50,888 bases of DNA, from the NCBI GenBank assembly GCA_013360215.1, contig JABWCP010000008.1, positions 124,001-174,888 of the forward strand, read 5' to 3'. This DNA is from a bacterium. Lineage in GTDB: Bacteria; CLD3; SB21. Numbering within the stretch: the stretch's first letter is position 1; the number at the start of each line of letters is the position of its first letter. A program made the position numbers and the translations under genes. The notes beneath the pieces are model-generated. The model ran no database searches. It had not been told where the DNA came from and saw nothing but the letters and a program-made list of their open reading frames with translations. Of the stretch, positions 27,087 to 38,794 are shown piece by piece.

Positions 27087-28526
27087 TTACAAGCCCCCCA
27101 GCGCTTTCACGATACGATCTTCGAACTGGCGCATGGTTTCATAATATTCCTTCGGGTAACCGTTGGTCAAAATACTAAACGCAATGATGTCTTTGGATTG
27201 CGTTTCGATATACCCGCTGAGCCCGCTGACGCCATAGAGAAAACCCACTTTGAGGCGTGTCGTGCCGATCAACGAAGACTCATCTTTGCGTTTGATAAAT
27301 CGTTTTTTTTCTGTGCCATCAATACCGCCGATACTTAGCGACGCGATGTAATCCGATGCGTAGCGAAAATCTCGATACATATATTCCAGTAATCGCACCT
27401 GAGCCCGCGTCGTCATTTTGTTGCGTTCATCCAGGCCGCTTCCGTCGGCCATCTGAATCTCTTTTTCAGAAATTCCTACTTTCCGCAAAAAAGGCTGTAG
27501 GGCACGAATTCCTTTCTCGTCCGTTCCGGGCTCTCCAAATGCTTCGGCACCCATCATCATCAGGAGCTGTCCCACCACGTAATTATTGCTCCACTTATTG
27601 ATGCCGGAGACAATGTAAGACAAATCATACGACGGAGGATCTATTAAAATTTTAGACGCTTTCGGCGTTTTACCCGTACGCAATCCTCCACTGACTTTGA
27701 TATTCATAATCCCCAAGGTCTCTTTAATATTGGCGATCGTCCACCACGTCGGATTGGGTACCCGTTTGTATATGACAAATTCATTCTCATTTTTGGCAAT
27801 AGTCCCGTACAAGGCAACCGTCATCTGATTTCCATTGTATCGTATAAAGGTATTATTGTGATTGACACCGATACCTTCGCCGGAATCTGTCGTCTTCACA
27901 CCGTTGATAACTTTGACAAGAGATGAGATCGGCTCGATAAAAACAATCGCCGAGTCGCCGGTTTTTTCTCCCGGACGAACACAGATATTGATGATATTAA
28001 AATTGAAACCCAAGGCACCGCCAACGGCCGAATAGGCACGATCGTTCGTTTCGGCATTTTCTGTATCAATCAAATACGTATCGTCACCCACGATGTCGCC
28101 GCGAATTTCCGTCAACCCCATCGCTTTGAGGTGATAGATCGCACGCAAAAGAATTTCCGGTAAAAAATACGGATCGCCGAGACCTTTGATATAAAGATCA
28201 CCGTTTAGAACGCCATTCTTAATAGCCCCGTCGTAACGAAATTCCGTGCGAAAACTTTTATTGGTTCCCCAGCGATCCAGAGCAGCCGCTGTGGTGACGA
28301 GTTTCATACACGAAGCCGTGGAACGTAACGAATCGGGATTTTTTTGATGAATGACTTGGCCGGTCAGAAGTGACTTGGCAAAAAAACCGGTGCGGATGTC
28401 TTTAAAAAAATCATCCGCATATACGGCATCAATAGCGCGCCGTACACTATCCAGTTGCGTGGAGCGATACTGTGAAAATAACGAAGCCGTCGTAAAAAAA
28501 AGAATGCATCCGTAGCGCCACATCAT
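27087..28526 (-). CDS. dacB: D-Ala-D-Ala carboxypeptidase/endopeptidase (PBP4, peptidase S13)
   Basis: ASCMK (SxxK), GLGDP, SNN, DGSGL and GIDGT; the third motif reads KVG. Confidence 0.9.
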   Translation of the reverse strand: MMWRYGCILFFTTASLFSQYRSTQLDSVRRAIDAVYADDFFKDIRTGFFAKSLLTGQVIHQKNPDSLRSTASCMKLVTTAAALDRWGTNKSFRTEFRYDGAIKNGVLNGDLYIKGLGDPYFLPEILLRAIYHLKAMGLTEIRGDIVGDDTYLIDTENAETNDRAYSAVGGALGFNFNIINICVRPGEKTGDSAIVFIEPISSLVKVINGVKTTDSGEGIGVNHNNTFIRYNGNQMTVALYGTIAKNENEFVIYKRVPNPTWWTIANIKETLGIMNIKVSGGLRTGKTPKASKILIDPPSYDLSYIVSGINKWSNNYVVGQLLMMMGAEAFGEPGTDEKGIRALQPFLRKVGISEKEIQMADGSGLDERNKMTTRAQVRLLEYMYRDFRYASDYIASLSIGGIDGTEKKRFIKRKDESSLIGTTRLKVGFLYGVSGLSGYIETQSKDIIAFSILTNGYPKEYYETMRQFEDRIVKALGGL

Positions 28527-28532
28527 GAAACA

Positions 28533-29009
28533 TCAATCCAGTTGAAATGGCGACTGAGGATCATGTTCGTGACGAATTTCGTCCACGGGTTCTTTTTTTC
28601 CTTTGCCGGCGTACAGTGTGTTGGCAAAATTATGAACGATCCCCGGTTTGCCGCCGACATTTTTGTAAGCATGGACAACCCCGGGAGGAATGATCACGCT
28701 TTGCAGATTATCTTCACCGACAAAAACAACCATCTTATGACCGTACGTCGGTGAATTTTTGCGGTTATCCCACATATAGAGTTTAAAATTAGAAGGCCCT
28801 ATAAAACAAAACAGATCGGTTTGTTGGACGTGTTCATGCGGACCACGCGCCACACCCGGCAATGTCAGCGAAGTATAACCCATAACGGGTACATTTTCAG
28901 AGACCAATTCGTCCTGACGGTAAAGCTCGGTCAGCCATCCGCGATCATCAACAAACTTTTTATGGTCTTTAAGAATCACGCCCTGTATGGGGCCTTTTTT
29001 GAAAGTCAT
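28533..29009 (-). CDS. dTDP-4-dehydrorhamnose 3,5-epimerase family (RmlC-like cupin)
   Basis: DDRGWLTE, RGPHEH, DNRKNSPTYG and IPPGVVHAY. Confidence 0.88.
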   Translation of the reverse strand: MTFKKGPIQGVILKDHKKFVDDRGWLTELYRQDELVSENVPVMGYTSLTLPGVARGPHEHVQQTDLFCFIGPSNFKLYMWDNRKNSPTYGHKMVVFVGEDNLQSVIIPPGVVHAYKNVGGKPGIVHNFANTLYAGKGKKEPVDEIRHEHDPQSPFQLD

Positions 29010-29015
29010 GAAACG

Positions 29016-29372
29016 TTACTTCTTTTTGTTGGTTGTTTCGGATTTGGATAACACCTGATATACACGTTCGCCTTCGCGGATCATAGTATATTTTTCACGG
29101 GCGATTTTTTCGATAAATTCGAGATCCGTTTTCAAACGATCCCGCTGATCGGCAAGCACGGCATGTTCGCGTTTGAGCTTTTCGATTTCTTTTTCGACGG
29201 CGGCACGCTGTTGTTTGATTTTATAAATCTGGTATGCGCCGTAATTGCCGGAAATAATAGTCAGCGCACCGATACCGACCAAAGACCAAAAAAGAATGCG
29301 ACGATTACGTTTCTTTTTGATTTCTGCCGGATCGGTCGATTCGACCACGGTTTCTTTCGTTTCGTTTTTCAT
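29016..29372 (-). CDS. ftsB: Septum formation initiator FtsB/DivIC
   Basis: Single TM, coiled coil, IEKIAREKYTMIREGE; downstream of eno. Confidence 0.85.
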   Translation of the reverse strand: MKNETKETVVESTDPAEIKKKRNRRILFWSLVGIGALTIISGNYGAYQIYKIKQQRAAVEKEIEKLKREHAVLADQRDRLKTDLEFIEKIAREKYTMIREGERVYQVLSKSETTNKKK

Positions 29373-29383
29373 ATATCGTATTC

Positions 29384-30703
<1,320 letters not shown>

Positions 30704-30706
30704 TTA

Positions 30707-31681
30707 TTATTTATTGCGTTGTATGTTATATTGAACAAATTTTTTGAGCGCTTGACGCGACGGGGAATCCGGAAAATAGTTGAGCGTCTGTATCGCGCGA
30801 TCGGAATATTCCTGTAACCGTTTTTTGGCGTATTCGATGCCGCCGTAGTGTTCGGTAAAGGCAATGATCTGCTTGATATCGCCGGACGTTACGCTCTTTT
30901 TGATTTTTTTCAAAATCGCTTTGCTTTCACTTTTCGGCGCACGGCTAAAAGCGTAAATCAAAGGTAATGTGATTTTTTGTTCTTTAAGATCACGGCCTTT
31001 GGTTTTGCCGATGATGGTTTGTTCTCCTTCAAAATCAAACAAATCGTCTTTGATCTGAAAGGCGACACCGATCAATTCGCCATATTCGTTCAACGCTTTG
31101 CGGTCTTCCGGCTTTTCCGTTGTCGTGATGGCCCCGAGTTCGCAGGCCGCGGCGATGAGAGCGCCCGTTTTATCGGATATCATCCGCAAATATGTCGGTT
31201 CGTCAATATCCAACTTCCTGCTTTTGTCTATCTGCATGAGCTCGCCTTCGCTGGCCCTTTTGGTAGCCACAGACAAAAGCATCATCGCGTCAAAACTTTT
31301 GATATCCACGATACTGATGAGCGCATTACCCAAAAGGTAATCCCCCATCAAGACGGCCATTTTATTTTTCCAAATAGCATTGATCGCCGGCAAACCGCGC
31401 CGCATATCCGCGCCGTCCACCACATCGTCATGGACCAGCGTGGCAGTATGTACAAGTTCGATGGTGATCGCCGCACGGTAACTGCGTTCCGTTACGGAAC
31501 CGCCGCACATTTTACTACACAGCATGACCAAAACCGGGCGTAAGTTTTTTCCCCGAGAGGAAACGACATAACGCGCGATCGTGTCTACGATCTTTATTTT
31601 GGAAGTCAGCTGTGTGCTGAATTTGGTTTTAAAAATTTCAAGCTCATCTTCGATCGGATCGAAGACATCGTCTAAAGTCAT
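30707..31681 (-). CDS. Polyprenyl (octaprenyl-like) diphosphate synthase
   Basis: GKNLRP, HDDVVD...RRG and FQIKDDLFD. Confidence 0.95.
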   Translation of the reverse strand: MTLDDVFDPIEDELEIFKTKFSTQLTSKIKIVDTIARYVVSSRGKNLRPVLVMLCSKMCGGSVTERSYRAAITIELVHTATLVHDDVVDGADMRRGLPAINAIWKNKMAVLMGDYLLGNALISIVDIKSFDAMMLLSVATKRASEGELMQIDKSRKLDIDEPTYLRMISDKTGALIAAACELGAITTTEKPEDRKALNEYGELIGVAFQIKDDLFDFEGEQTIIGKTKGRDLKEQKITLPLIYAFSRAPKSESKAILKKIKKSVTSGDIKQIIAFTEHYGGIEYAKKRLQEYSDRAIQTLNYFPDSPSRQALKKFVQYNIQRNK

Positions 31682-31810
31682 GCCGAAGTCCGTAAAACTG
31701 AATCTTTATAAACTTGGGACAATGTAGGCGATTGCAATATGCAAATCAAGATGCGAACTGATATCCGATGAGTTGTTATTAAACGGTATATTTACGACCC
31801 CTTTCCGTTT

Positions 31811-32027
31811 CTCTTTGCAACTCAGCGAAAGAGAATACGATCTCGCTAAGACGCAAAATCGCTAAAACCTCATAATTGAATGCGAAGTGCTTTCGCTTGA
31901 AGCGTTGGTTTTAACTTGAGGATTGACCGGTATAAGGTCATTAATACAATCAAACGTTTCTGTTCCTTTACTCTTTGCGACCCTGCGAGAGAGAATATGA
32001 ACTCGTTATGCACTTAGTACGCAGAAA
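31811..32027. repeat. Two degenerate palindromic units (about 55 bp) repeated at a 160-bp interval
   Basis: 31811 CTCTTTGCAACTCAGCGAAAGAGAATACGATCTCGCTAAGACGCAAAA versus 31971 CTCTTTGCGACCCTGCGAGAGAGAATATGAACTCGTTATG. Confidence 0.7.
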
Positions 32028-32205
32028 AATATCAATGTTTTTGATTCCATTCGGGGAAACAATATTACACATAACCGATCTTGGACACGATCTCATAACC
32101 TTTTTTTATTTTCTTTGTCTTCCATCTGCTTTTTTTTACATTTGGTGCGGTTGTAGTTCATTTTGTTTACATAAGGTTTTCACGCCGTATTTTACGGTTT
32201 TATTT

Positions 32206-35200
32206 ATGCCGGAACAGCCTTCAACACAGCGCCGATTCGAAGAACTTTGGGCAGGCCGCGGTTACTCTACGCGCATCCAAAATTTTCAGGAACTCATGCG
32301 CTTTAAAGTGCGTGATATTCTGTTGATTTCCAGCTTGTACGATTCCTACATACTCGAAGAAGATGGTCGTTTATTTGAACTCATCCAGGAGGAATACCGC
32401 GGGCTCGATATGAATCAAGCGCCGGATATTATTCACGTATCCAATGGTACGGAGGCGATACGCATACTGGATCGCCAACACCGTTTTGACCTCATCTTGA
32501 TGACTTTGCATATCGAAGATATCCACGCTATCGCCCTTGCCAAAAAAATTCGTTCGCTTGGCCATGAAATGCCGATCATCGTTTTGGCTTACGATAATAT
32601 CGAAACGCAGGAAGTAATGACCCATCGGGATGCCGATATTTTTGAAAATATTTTTATTTGGCAGGGCGACTACCGTCTTCTCATCGGCATTATCAAATAC
32701 ATCGAAGATAAAATGAATTTTGCGCACGATTCGCGTGCGATCGGCGTTCAAGGCATCATTTTGGTCGAGGATAATGTGAAGTTTTATTCCTCGTATCTGC
32801 CGATCATTTATACCGAAATCCATCGTCAGTCGCAGCGATTGATCTCCGAAGGCATCAATCTCACGCATAAATTTTTGCGTATGCGCGCACGTCCGAAAAT
32901 TTTGTTATGCCATACCTACGAAGAAGCGTGGAAATATTACGAAGAGTATAATGAATATATACTCGGAATGATCTCCGACGTGGACTTTCCGCGTAATGGC
33001 ACCGTCGAATCCAAAGTCGGATTACTGCTCGCACGGACGATACGCGAAAAACAGTCGGATATCCCCATACTTTTGCAATCCAACGAATCTTCGTATAGCG
33101 AAGAAGCCCGTGAGATCGGCGCCGCTTTTGTTCTCAAAGATTCTCCCGTTTTGCTTCAGGAACTCAGCGATTTCATGAAACAAAATTTCAGCTTCGGCGA
33201 TTTTGTGTTTCGCTTGGAAGACGGTTCCGAAGCCGGCCGCGCATCGGATCTGAGTTCGCTCGAAGAAACACTGCATAGCGTGCCCGCTGAAAGCGTTCAA
33301 TATCACGGCGAACGCAATCACTTTTCCAACTGGCTCAAAGCCCGCACTGAATTTTGGCTCGCCCATAAGTTAAAACCGAAAAAAGTTACGGACTATGCTA
33401 CCGTCGAAGATATTCGCCAGCATGTCATCAAAGTACTCAAAGATTACCGCGAAATTCGTCAACGCGCCAACATTACCGATTTCAGCAAAGACACTTTCGA
33501 TCCGGAAAGCAGTTTTGCCCGCATCGGCGGCGGTTCGCTCGGCGGTAAAGCGCGCGGTCTCGGTTTCGTCAAAACATTGCTCAATAATTACAACATGCGT
33601 TATGCTTTTGAAGGCGCTAAAATATTTGTCCCGGCCGCCGTGGCGATCGGTACCAGTGTCTTCGATCAGTTTTTGGAGCAAAATAATTTGCGTGAGTTGG
33701 CGTTAAATTCGACCGATGATCGTGAAATTGCCGATTCCTTTCATTCGGCTTCTTATTTTCCGCCCGAAGTGATAACGCAATTACGCGAATTTTTGGAAAT
33801 GGTGAGCGTTCCGCTCGCCGTGCGCTCTTCCAGTTTGCTCGAGGATTCGCAATATCATCCTTTTGCGGGCGTGTACGAAACCTACATGATCCCCAACAAT
33901 CACGCCGATACTGAGACGCGACTCCAGGAGCTGCTCACGACGATCAAAAAAGTGTATGCTTCGACTTTTTACAAAGCGACTAAAGATTATATCAAACAAA
34001 CCGCCTACCGCCTTGAAGAAGAAAAAATGGCGGTGATTATTATGCGAACTGTCGGTGCTGCACACGATAATCGGTTTTATCCGGATTTCTCCGGCGTGGC
34101 GAAGTCTTATAATTTTTACCCGATGCCGCCACAGACCGCTAAAGATGGAATTGCATCCATAGCACTGGGACTCGGTAAAACTATCGTGGACGGAGGCAAC
34201 ACCGTTCGTTTTTGCCCCAAATATCCAAAACATTTGATCCAACAATTTTCCACCAAAGAAGCGCTTAAAACCAGCCAGACCGAATTTTACGCTATGAAGC
34301 TCGGCGCTACGGAAGTGGACTTGTATCGTGACACCAAAGATCGCTTGATTGAGAAGTTTACGTTGGATACGGCTGAAAAAGACGGGTCATTACGTTTTTC
34401 AGGTTCGACCTATTCTATTGAAAATGACGCGGTGTACGACGGCATTTCCCGCGCCGGTATGCGTATTGTTACGTTCGCGCCGATTTTAAAAAATAAAATG
34501 TTTCCACTGCCTGAAATCCTGGACTTGCTTTTGGAGCTTGGAAAGTGGGGTATGGGTTCGGAAATCGAAATGGAGTTTGCCGTAAATATGTCCACTCCGC
34601 CCGGTAAGCCGCGCGAATTTGGCGTGCTGCAAATGCGTCCGTTGGTTTTGCGTTTGGAAAATGACGCCCTGGATGTGACACCGTACCGGCGGGAAGAAAT
34701 GATTTGTGAAAGTACGCAAGTGCTGGGTAACGGCGTTATTGATTCGATCCGCGATATTTTGGTCGTGGATTATGATCGTTTTGATCGCGCCCGCAGCAAA
34801 GAGGTCGCGTTGGAAATCGCTCAGCTCAATGAAAAATTAGTTCGCGAAGGCAAGCCTTATGCATTGATCGGCGTGGGGCGCTGGGGCAGTTTGGATCACT
34901 GGCTGGGCATACCCGTACGATGGGATCAGATCAATGGCGCCCGAGCGATCGTCGAATCCAGTTTTCGCGATTTTGATGTGGATCCGTCGCAAGGTTCGCA
35001 TTTTTTTCAAAACATCACCAGCTTTCAAGTCGGCTACTTCACTGTCCCTCATCATGCGGCCTCCAGCTTTGTAGATTGGGCTTGGCTATCCGCGCAAAAA
35101 GCAGAAGAAGAACTAAATTTTACACGGCATTTGTCGTTTGAAAATCCTATCGTAGCGGTGATCAACGGACATGATGGAAAAGGGGTTTTACTGAAACCGA

Positions 35201-35235
35201 AACCTCCATCGAAAGAAAGTGCGGTGTCTTTATGA
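32206..35235 (+). CDS. Receiver-domain-containing PEP synthase / pyruvate-phosphate dikinase-like (PPDK_N) protein
   Basis: Two REC-like domains, GGKARGL, AVRSSSLLEDS, FAGVY and C-terminal SQGSHFFQN. Start placed at ATG 32206 (the ORF-track extension runs through the intergenic repeat). Confidence 0.85.
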   Translation: MPEQPSTQRRFEELWAGRGYSTRIQNFQELMRFKVRDILLISSLYDSYILEEDGRLFELIQEEYRGLDMNQAPDIIHVSNGTEAIRILDRQHRFDLILMTLHIEDIHAIALAKKIRSLGHEMPIIVLAYDNIETQEVMTHRDADIFENIFIWQGDYRLLIGIIKYIEDKMNFAHDSRAIGVQGIILVEDNVKFYSSYLPIIYTEIHRQSQRLISEGINLTHKFLRMRARPKILLCHTYEEAWKYYEEYNEYILGMISDVDFPRNGTVESKVGLLLARTIREKQSDIPILLQSNESSYSEEAREIGAAFVLKDSPVLLQELSDFMKQNFSFGDFVFRLEDGSEAGRASDLSSLEETLHSVPAESVQYHGERNHFSNWLKARTEFWLAHKLKPKKVTDYATVEDIRQHVIKVLKDYREIRQRANITDFSKDTFDPESSFARIGGGSLGGKARGLGFVKTLLNNYNMRYAFEGAKIFVPAAVAIGTSVFDQFLEQNNLRELALNSTDDREIADSFHSASYFPPEVITQLREFLEMVSVPLAVRSSSLLEDSQYHPFAGVYETYMIPNNHADTETRLQELLTTIKKVYASTFYKATKDYIKQTAYRLEEEKMAVIIMRTVGAAHDNRFYPDFSGVAKSYNFYPMPPQTAKDGIASIALGLGKTIVDGGNTVRFCPKYPKHLIQQFSTKEALKTSQTEFYAMKLGATEVDLYRDTKDRLIEKFTLDTAEKDGSLRFSGSTYSIENDAVYDGISRAGMRIVTFAPILKNKMFPLPEILDLLLELGKWGMGSEIEMEFAVNMSTPPGKPREFGVLQMRPLVLRLENDALDVTPYRREEMICESTQVLGNGVIDSIRDILVVDYDRFDRARSKEVALEIAQLNEKLVREGKPYALIGVGRWGSLDHWLGIPVRWDQINGARAIVESSFRDFDVDPSQGSHFFQNITSFQVGYFTVPHHAASSFVDWAWLSAQKAEEELNFTRHLSFENPIVAVINGHDGKGVLLKPKPPSKESAVSL

Positions 35236-37499
35236 ACACGCAATCGCTTGAGTTTGTTCAAAAAACAAAGCAGGAATTGAACTGCAAAATCATTCGCACG
35301 ATGTTGAATTATGCGCTCGAAAAAGCAGGGCCTGATGCCGAACGCAAGCTGATCGAACGCATGGGGCTGACACGCGAGTATTTGCAAAATGAAAATAATT
35401 GGGTTTCGTTTGACGTTTATACGCATGCCTGCGAGGCTATGAAAACGATTTTCAACGATGACCGCATTATGTACCGCGTCGGGATTTATTCATTTTCCAA
35501 TCTTGAAAACTTCGGCGCTATCGCCAAAATGGCTGTCTATCTTCTCAAACCGGAAAGCATATACCGGCGAACGGCCGAAGTCGCTAACCAGGCTGTCAAA
35601 TTCGGCACATACCGAGTGGTCGAAATTGAAAGCAATCGCCTTCTGTTAGAATTCAAAAATCGCGAGGGTTATAAATTTCATCAACATAATTGCGATTATC
35701 GCCTGGGTGTTTTTGCAGGGATACCACAACTTTTCGGATTGCCTATCGCACGTCATCGTAGCATTCAATGTGTTTCCGATGGTGCGGATCGGTGTTTATA
35801 CGAGTTCCGCTGGTTATCGCGTACATGGGAAATATTCGGTCGGCATGCACGAATCGGCCTTGTTATGGGTATTTTATTTGCCCTCGTTTTGACGGTTCTT
35901 AACCGATTTACTTTTTCGCATTTTAGCCAACCGGCTTTATTGATCAGCGGTGCGGCCGTTCTGTATCTGATCGGTATCATACTCGATATGAAACATACGG
36001 CACAGTACAGTGCGTTTATTAATTCAGGCAAATCCGATGAGATCGAAGAAGCGATGGCGTTTGCTAATCAAAAATACCAGGAAGCGGCCGACAACATAAC
36101 CAAGCTTCAAGCGATCATCGAAGGCAATGCCGTACTTCAATCGAAGCTGATTAAATCCGAGTTGGTCGAAATCGTTCTTGAGATCATAAAACACAATCTC
36201 GGTTATGATCGCGCCATGATTCTCTTTAAAAATAATACGCAGCCTTTGTTGGATTCGCCTAAACTCATCGGCAACCTCAGTCCGGAGATGGAGCAAGCAC
36301 TGCTTAATTATAAAATCAACCTTACGGACGAAACCGCCATCAATACCCGAGTTTTTTATAGCGGCGAATCTGCACTAATCACGGATATGTCCGATGTGAA
36401 AAACAATACCGAAATGAAAGCGGTCCAATTGTCCGGTACAAAATCATTTGTCATTTTACCATTTAAAATCGGTTCGCGTGTGGTCGGAACATTGACGGTT
36501 GATAAAATCAGTTCACCGAAAATCATGACACGCGAAGATGTGCGTATTCTCAATACACTCCTCAATATGTTATCCGTCGCTTTGGAAAACGCCGAACTGT
36601 ATCAGGATTTGGAAGCCCGCGTTCGTGAACGTACAGCCCAACTCAACGAAACCAACAAAAAATTGGAATCGGCTTACGATGAACTCAAACAAGCTCAGGC
36701 GCAATTATTACACAATGAAAAAATGGCGAGCCTTGGTAAATTGGTAGCCGGTATCGCGCACGAAATGAATAACCCTGCCGGCATACTTTCCGGATATATC
36801 GAACTCATGGAACTGCATGCCAATCGCCTACGCAAAGATCTGGAAATTTTGGACCAATTCAGTGCGGCGCATGAAGATATTGCCGGTACCATACAACATA
36901 TTGAGAAGAACATTCTTGAAATTACCGATTCGATCGAGCCGTGCAAACGCTCTGTCTGGCGTATCAAGAGCATCATTCAGGATTTACGCAATTTTTCCCG
37001 TTTGGACGAAAACGAACTTATGCCTGCCAACATCAACGAAGGCCTTGAGAATACGCTTAAGTTTTTTAAAAGCCAGGCCGAAGGACGCATTCGCATCATT
37101 ACGCATTTCAATCCCATCCCTCAGGTCACTTGTTTCCCCGGTCATCTCAATCAAGTGTTCAGCAATGTTATTTCAAACGCTATCGAAGCAATAGATGGAG
37201 CCGGCACGATCGAAGTACACACTTCTAAAAGCGAACCGACATCGGATGTGCCGACAGATCATATCGTCGTCAAAATCAAAGATTCGGGACACGGCATTCC
37301 GGCGGAAATTCAGGGTAAAATCTTTGATCCATTTTTTACCACCAAAGATATCGGCGCAGGCAAAGGATTAGGTTTATCGATTGCTTATGGTATCATCAAA
37401 CAACACAGCGGAAGCATCTCCGCCGAAAGTGAACAAGATCAAGGTGCGTGTATTACAATTCGCATTCCGATAGAATATGGCTATGAAAGAAAAGGGTAA
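35232..37499 (+). CDS. Membrane sensor histidine kinase: V4R-like domain, 2 TM, GAF, HisKA, HATPase
   Basis: CDYRLG...QCVSDGADRCLYEFRW, GAF region, AHEMNNP, NVISNA, DSGHGI and GLGLSI; ATGA overlap with the upstream gene. Confidence 0.9.
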   Translation: MNTQSLEFVQKTKQELNCKIIRTMLNYALEKAGPDAERKLIERMGLTREYLQNENNWVSFDVYTHACEAMKTIFNDDRIMYRVGIYSFSNLENFGAIAKMAVYLLKPESIYRRTAEVANQAVKFGTYRVVEIESNRLLLEFKNREGYKFHQHNCDYRLGVFAGIPQLFGLPIARHRSIQCVSDGADRCLYEFRWLSRTWEIFGRHARIGLVMGILFALVLTVLNRFTFSHFSQPALLISGAAVLYLIGIILDMKHTAQYSAFINSGKSDEIEEAMAFANQKYQEAADNITKLQAIIEGNAVLQSKLIKSELVEIVLEIIKHNLGYDRAMILFKNNTQPLLDSPKLIGNLSPEMEQALLNYKINLTDETAINTRVFYSGESALITDMSDVKNNTEMKAVQLSGTKSFVILPFKIGSRVVGTLTVDKISSPKIMTREDVRILNTLLNMLSVALENAELYQDLEARVRERTAQLNETNKKLESAYDELKQAQAQLLHNEKMASLGKLVAGIAHEMNNPAGILSGYIELMELHANRLRKDLEILDQFSAAHEDIAGTIQHIEKNILEITDSIEPCKRSVWRIKSIIQDLRNFSRLDENELMPANINEGLENTLKFFKSQAEGRIRIITHFNPIPQVTCFPGHLNQVFSNVISNAIEAIDGAGTIEVHTSKSEPTSDVPTDHIVVKIKDSGHGIPAEIQGKIFDPFFTTKDIGAGKGLGLSIAYGIIKQHSGSISAESEQDQGACITIRIPIEYGYERKG

Positions 37500-37504
37500 A
37501 CCGT

Positions 37505-37840
37505 ATGAGCAGTGATCGCGTGATCGAAATAAATACTGATAGCGTGGCATGGGAATCATCCGACAGCAAAGGCGTTTTTTATAAATCTCTACGCTATGAT
37601 AAGGAAACCAAAGCCGGGGCGGTTTTGATTCGTATGGAACCGGGATCCGATTATCCTGAGCATGAGCATACACGCGGTGAAGACTTTATCGTATTAGATG
37701 GCGAATTGATCATCGGGAATAAAACATTCCCCGCACAGAGTTACGTATACAGTCCGCCGCAATCCGTGCACCACCCGCGCACCGAAAAAGGATGTACTCT
37801 TTTTGCCGTATTTCACGGTAAAATCATCAACCTCAAATAA
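37505..37840 (+). CDS. ChrR-like cupin domain protein
   Basis: PGSDYPEHEH..GE..VLDG and PPQSVHHP. Confidence 0.85.
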   Translation: MSSDRVIEINTDSVAWESSDSKGVFYKSLRYDKETKAGAVLIRMEPGSDYPEHEHTRGEDFIVLDGELIIGNKTFPAQSYVYSPPQSVHHPRTEKGCTLFAVFHGKIINLK

Positions 37841-37846
37841 CCTCCC

Positions 37847-38794
37847 ATGATCGCTGTACATCTGGCTTTGTTTTTTGTGTCGCTTGTTTTCGGCGTCAAT
37901 GCGGTGACTTCCAAATACGCTATGCGCGAAATTCACCCGATGGCTTTGGTGTTTATTCGCATCATAAGCGCCGCCGCGATTCTCTACATCATACAACGGC
38001 TTTGGATCAAAGAGAAAATTCAAACGCGCAGGGATTATTTTTTACTGGCGGGATACAGTACCGTCGGTATCGTGATCAATCAGGTACTTTTTCTTAAAGG
38101 GCTTGCCTTAACAACAGCCATCAATGCGACCGTACTGATCACGACCATGCCCGCCGCAACGATCGGTATCGCCATACTTCTGCGCAAAGAACCTCCGAGC
38201 TTCCGAAAAATTATCGGCTCGATGATTTCCTTTAGCGGCGTTATCCTGTTACTCGGCAGCGAACGTATAGACTTCAGCAACGATTATTTTGTCGGTAATC
38301 TGCTCGTTTTCCTCAACGGCATCTCGTACAGTTTTTATTTGGTTATTTCACGGGATCTTTTGAAGCGTTATCACCCGTCGACCGTAACAACGTGGATATT
38401 TGTTTTTGGTGCTGTCGGTGTTTTCCCGTTTGGCATCGGCGAAATATCGCGCCTTGATTGGGCGTCCGTCAGCTTCACGGCATGGGCGTGCGTGGCGTTT
38501 TTGATTATTTTTTCTTCCGTGATCGTGTACTTTATCAACAATTGGGCACTGCGCAAAACATCGTCATCGGTTGTCGCTGTATATATTTATGTCCAACCGA
38601 TTGTTGCGACGTTGATTTCAACCCAAATGATGGGTGAAATCCTACGCATGGAAACAGTAATCGCTGCGTTGTTGATTTTTAGCGGCGTATTTATTGTCAC
38701 GCTTAAAATGCGAGAAGAAATGAAAAAAGAAAAAAGTAACGACAACAAAGAAATAGATCTCGTCAAAGAATCCATGATCATGAAAGAAGATTGA
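37847..38794 (+). CDS. DMT/EamA family transporter
   Basis: About 10 TM helices in two EamA repeats; YIYVQPIVA. Confidence 0.92.
   Translation: MIAVHLALFFVSLVFGVNAVTSKYAMREIHPMALVFIRIISAAAILYIIQRLWIKEKIQTRRDYFLLAGYSTVGIVINQVLFLKGLALTTAINATVLITTMPAATIGIAILLRKEPPSFRKIIGSMISFSGVILLLGSERIDFSNDYFVGNLLVFLNGISYSFYLVISRDLLKRYHPSTVTTWIFVFGAVGVFPFGIGEISRLDWASVSFTAWACVAFLIIFSSVIVYFINNWALRKTSSSVVAVYIYVQPIVATLISTQMMGEILRMETVIAALLIFSGVFIVTLKMREEMKKEKSNDNKEIDLVKESMIMKED

Noticed and set aside
31975-32205. 77-aa N-terminal extension of the 1086-aa ORF
   Set aside because: It starts at a TTG inside the intergenic repeat and is low-complexity and Phe-rich; ATG 32206 is the more plausible start.
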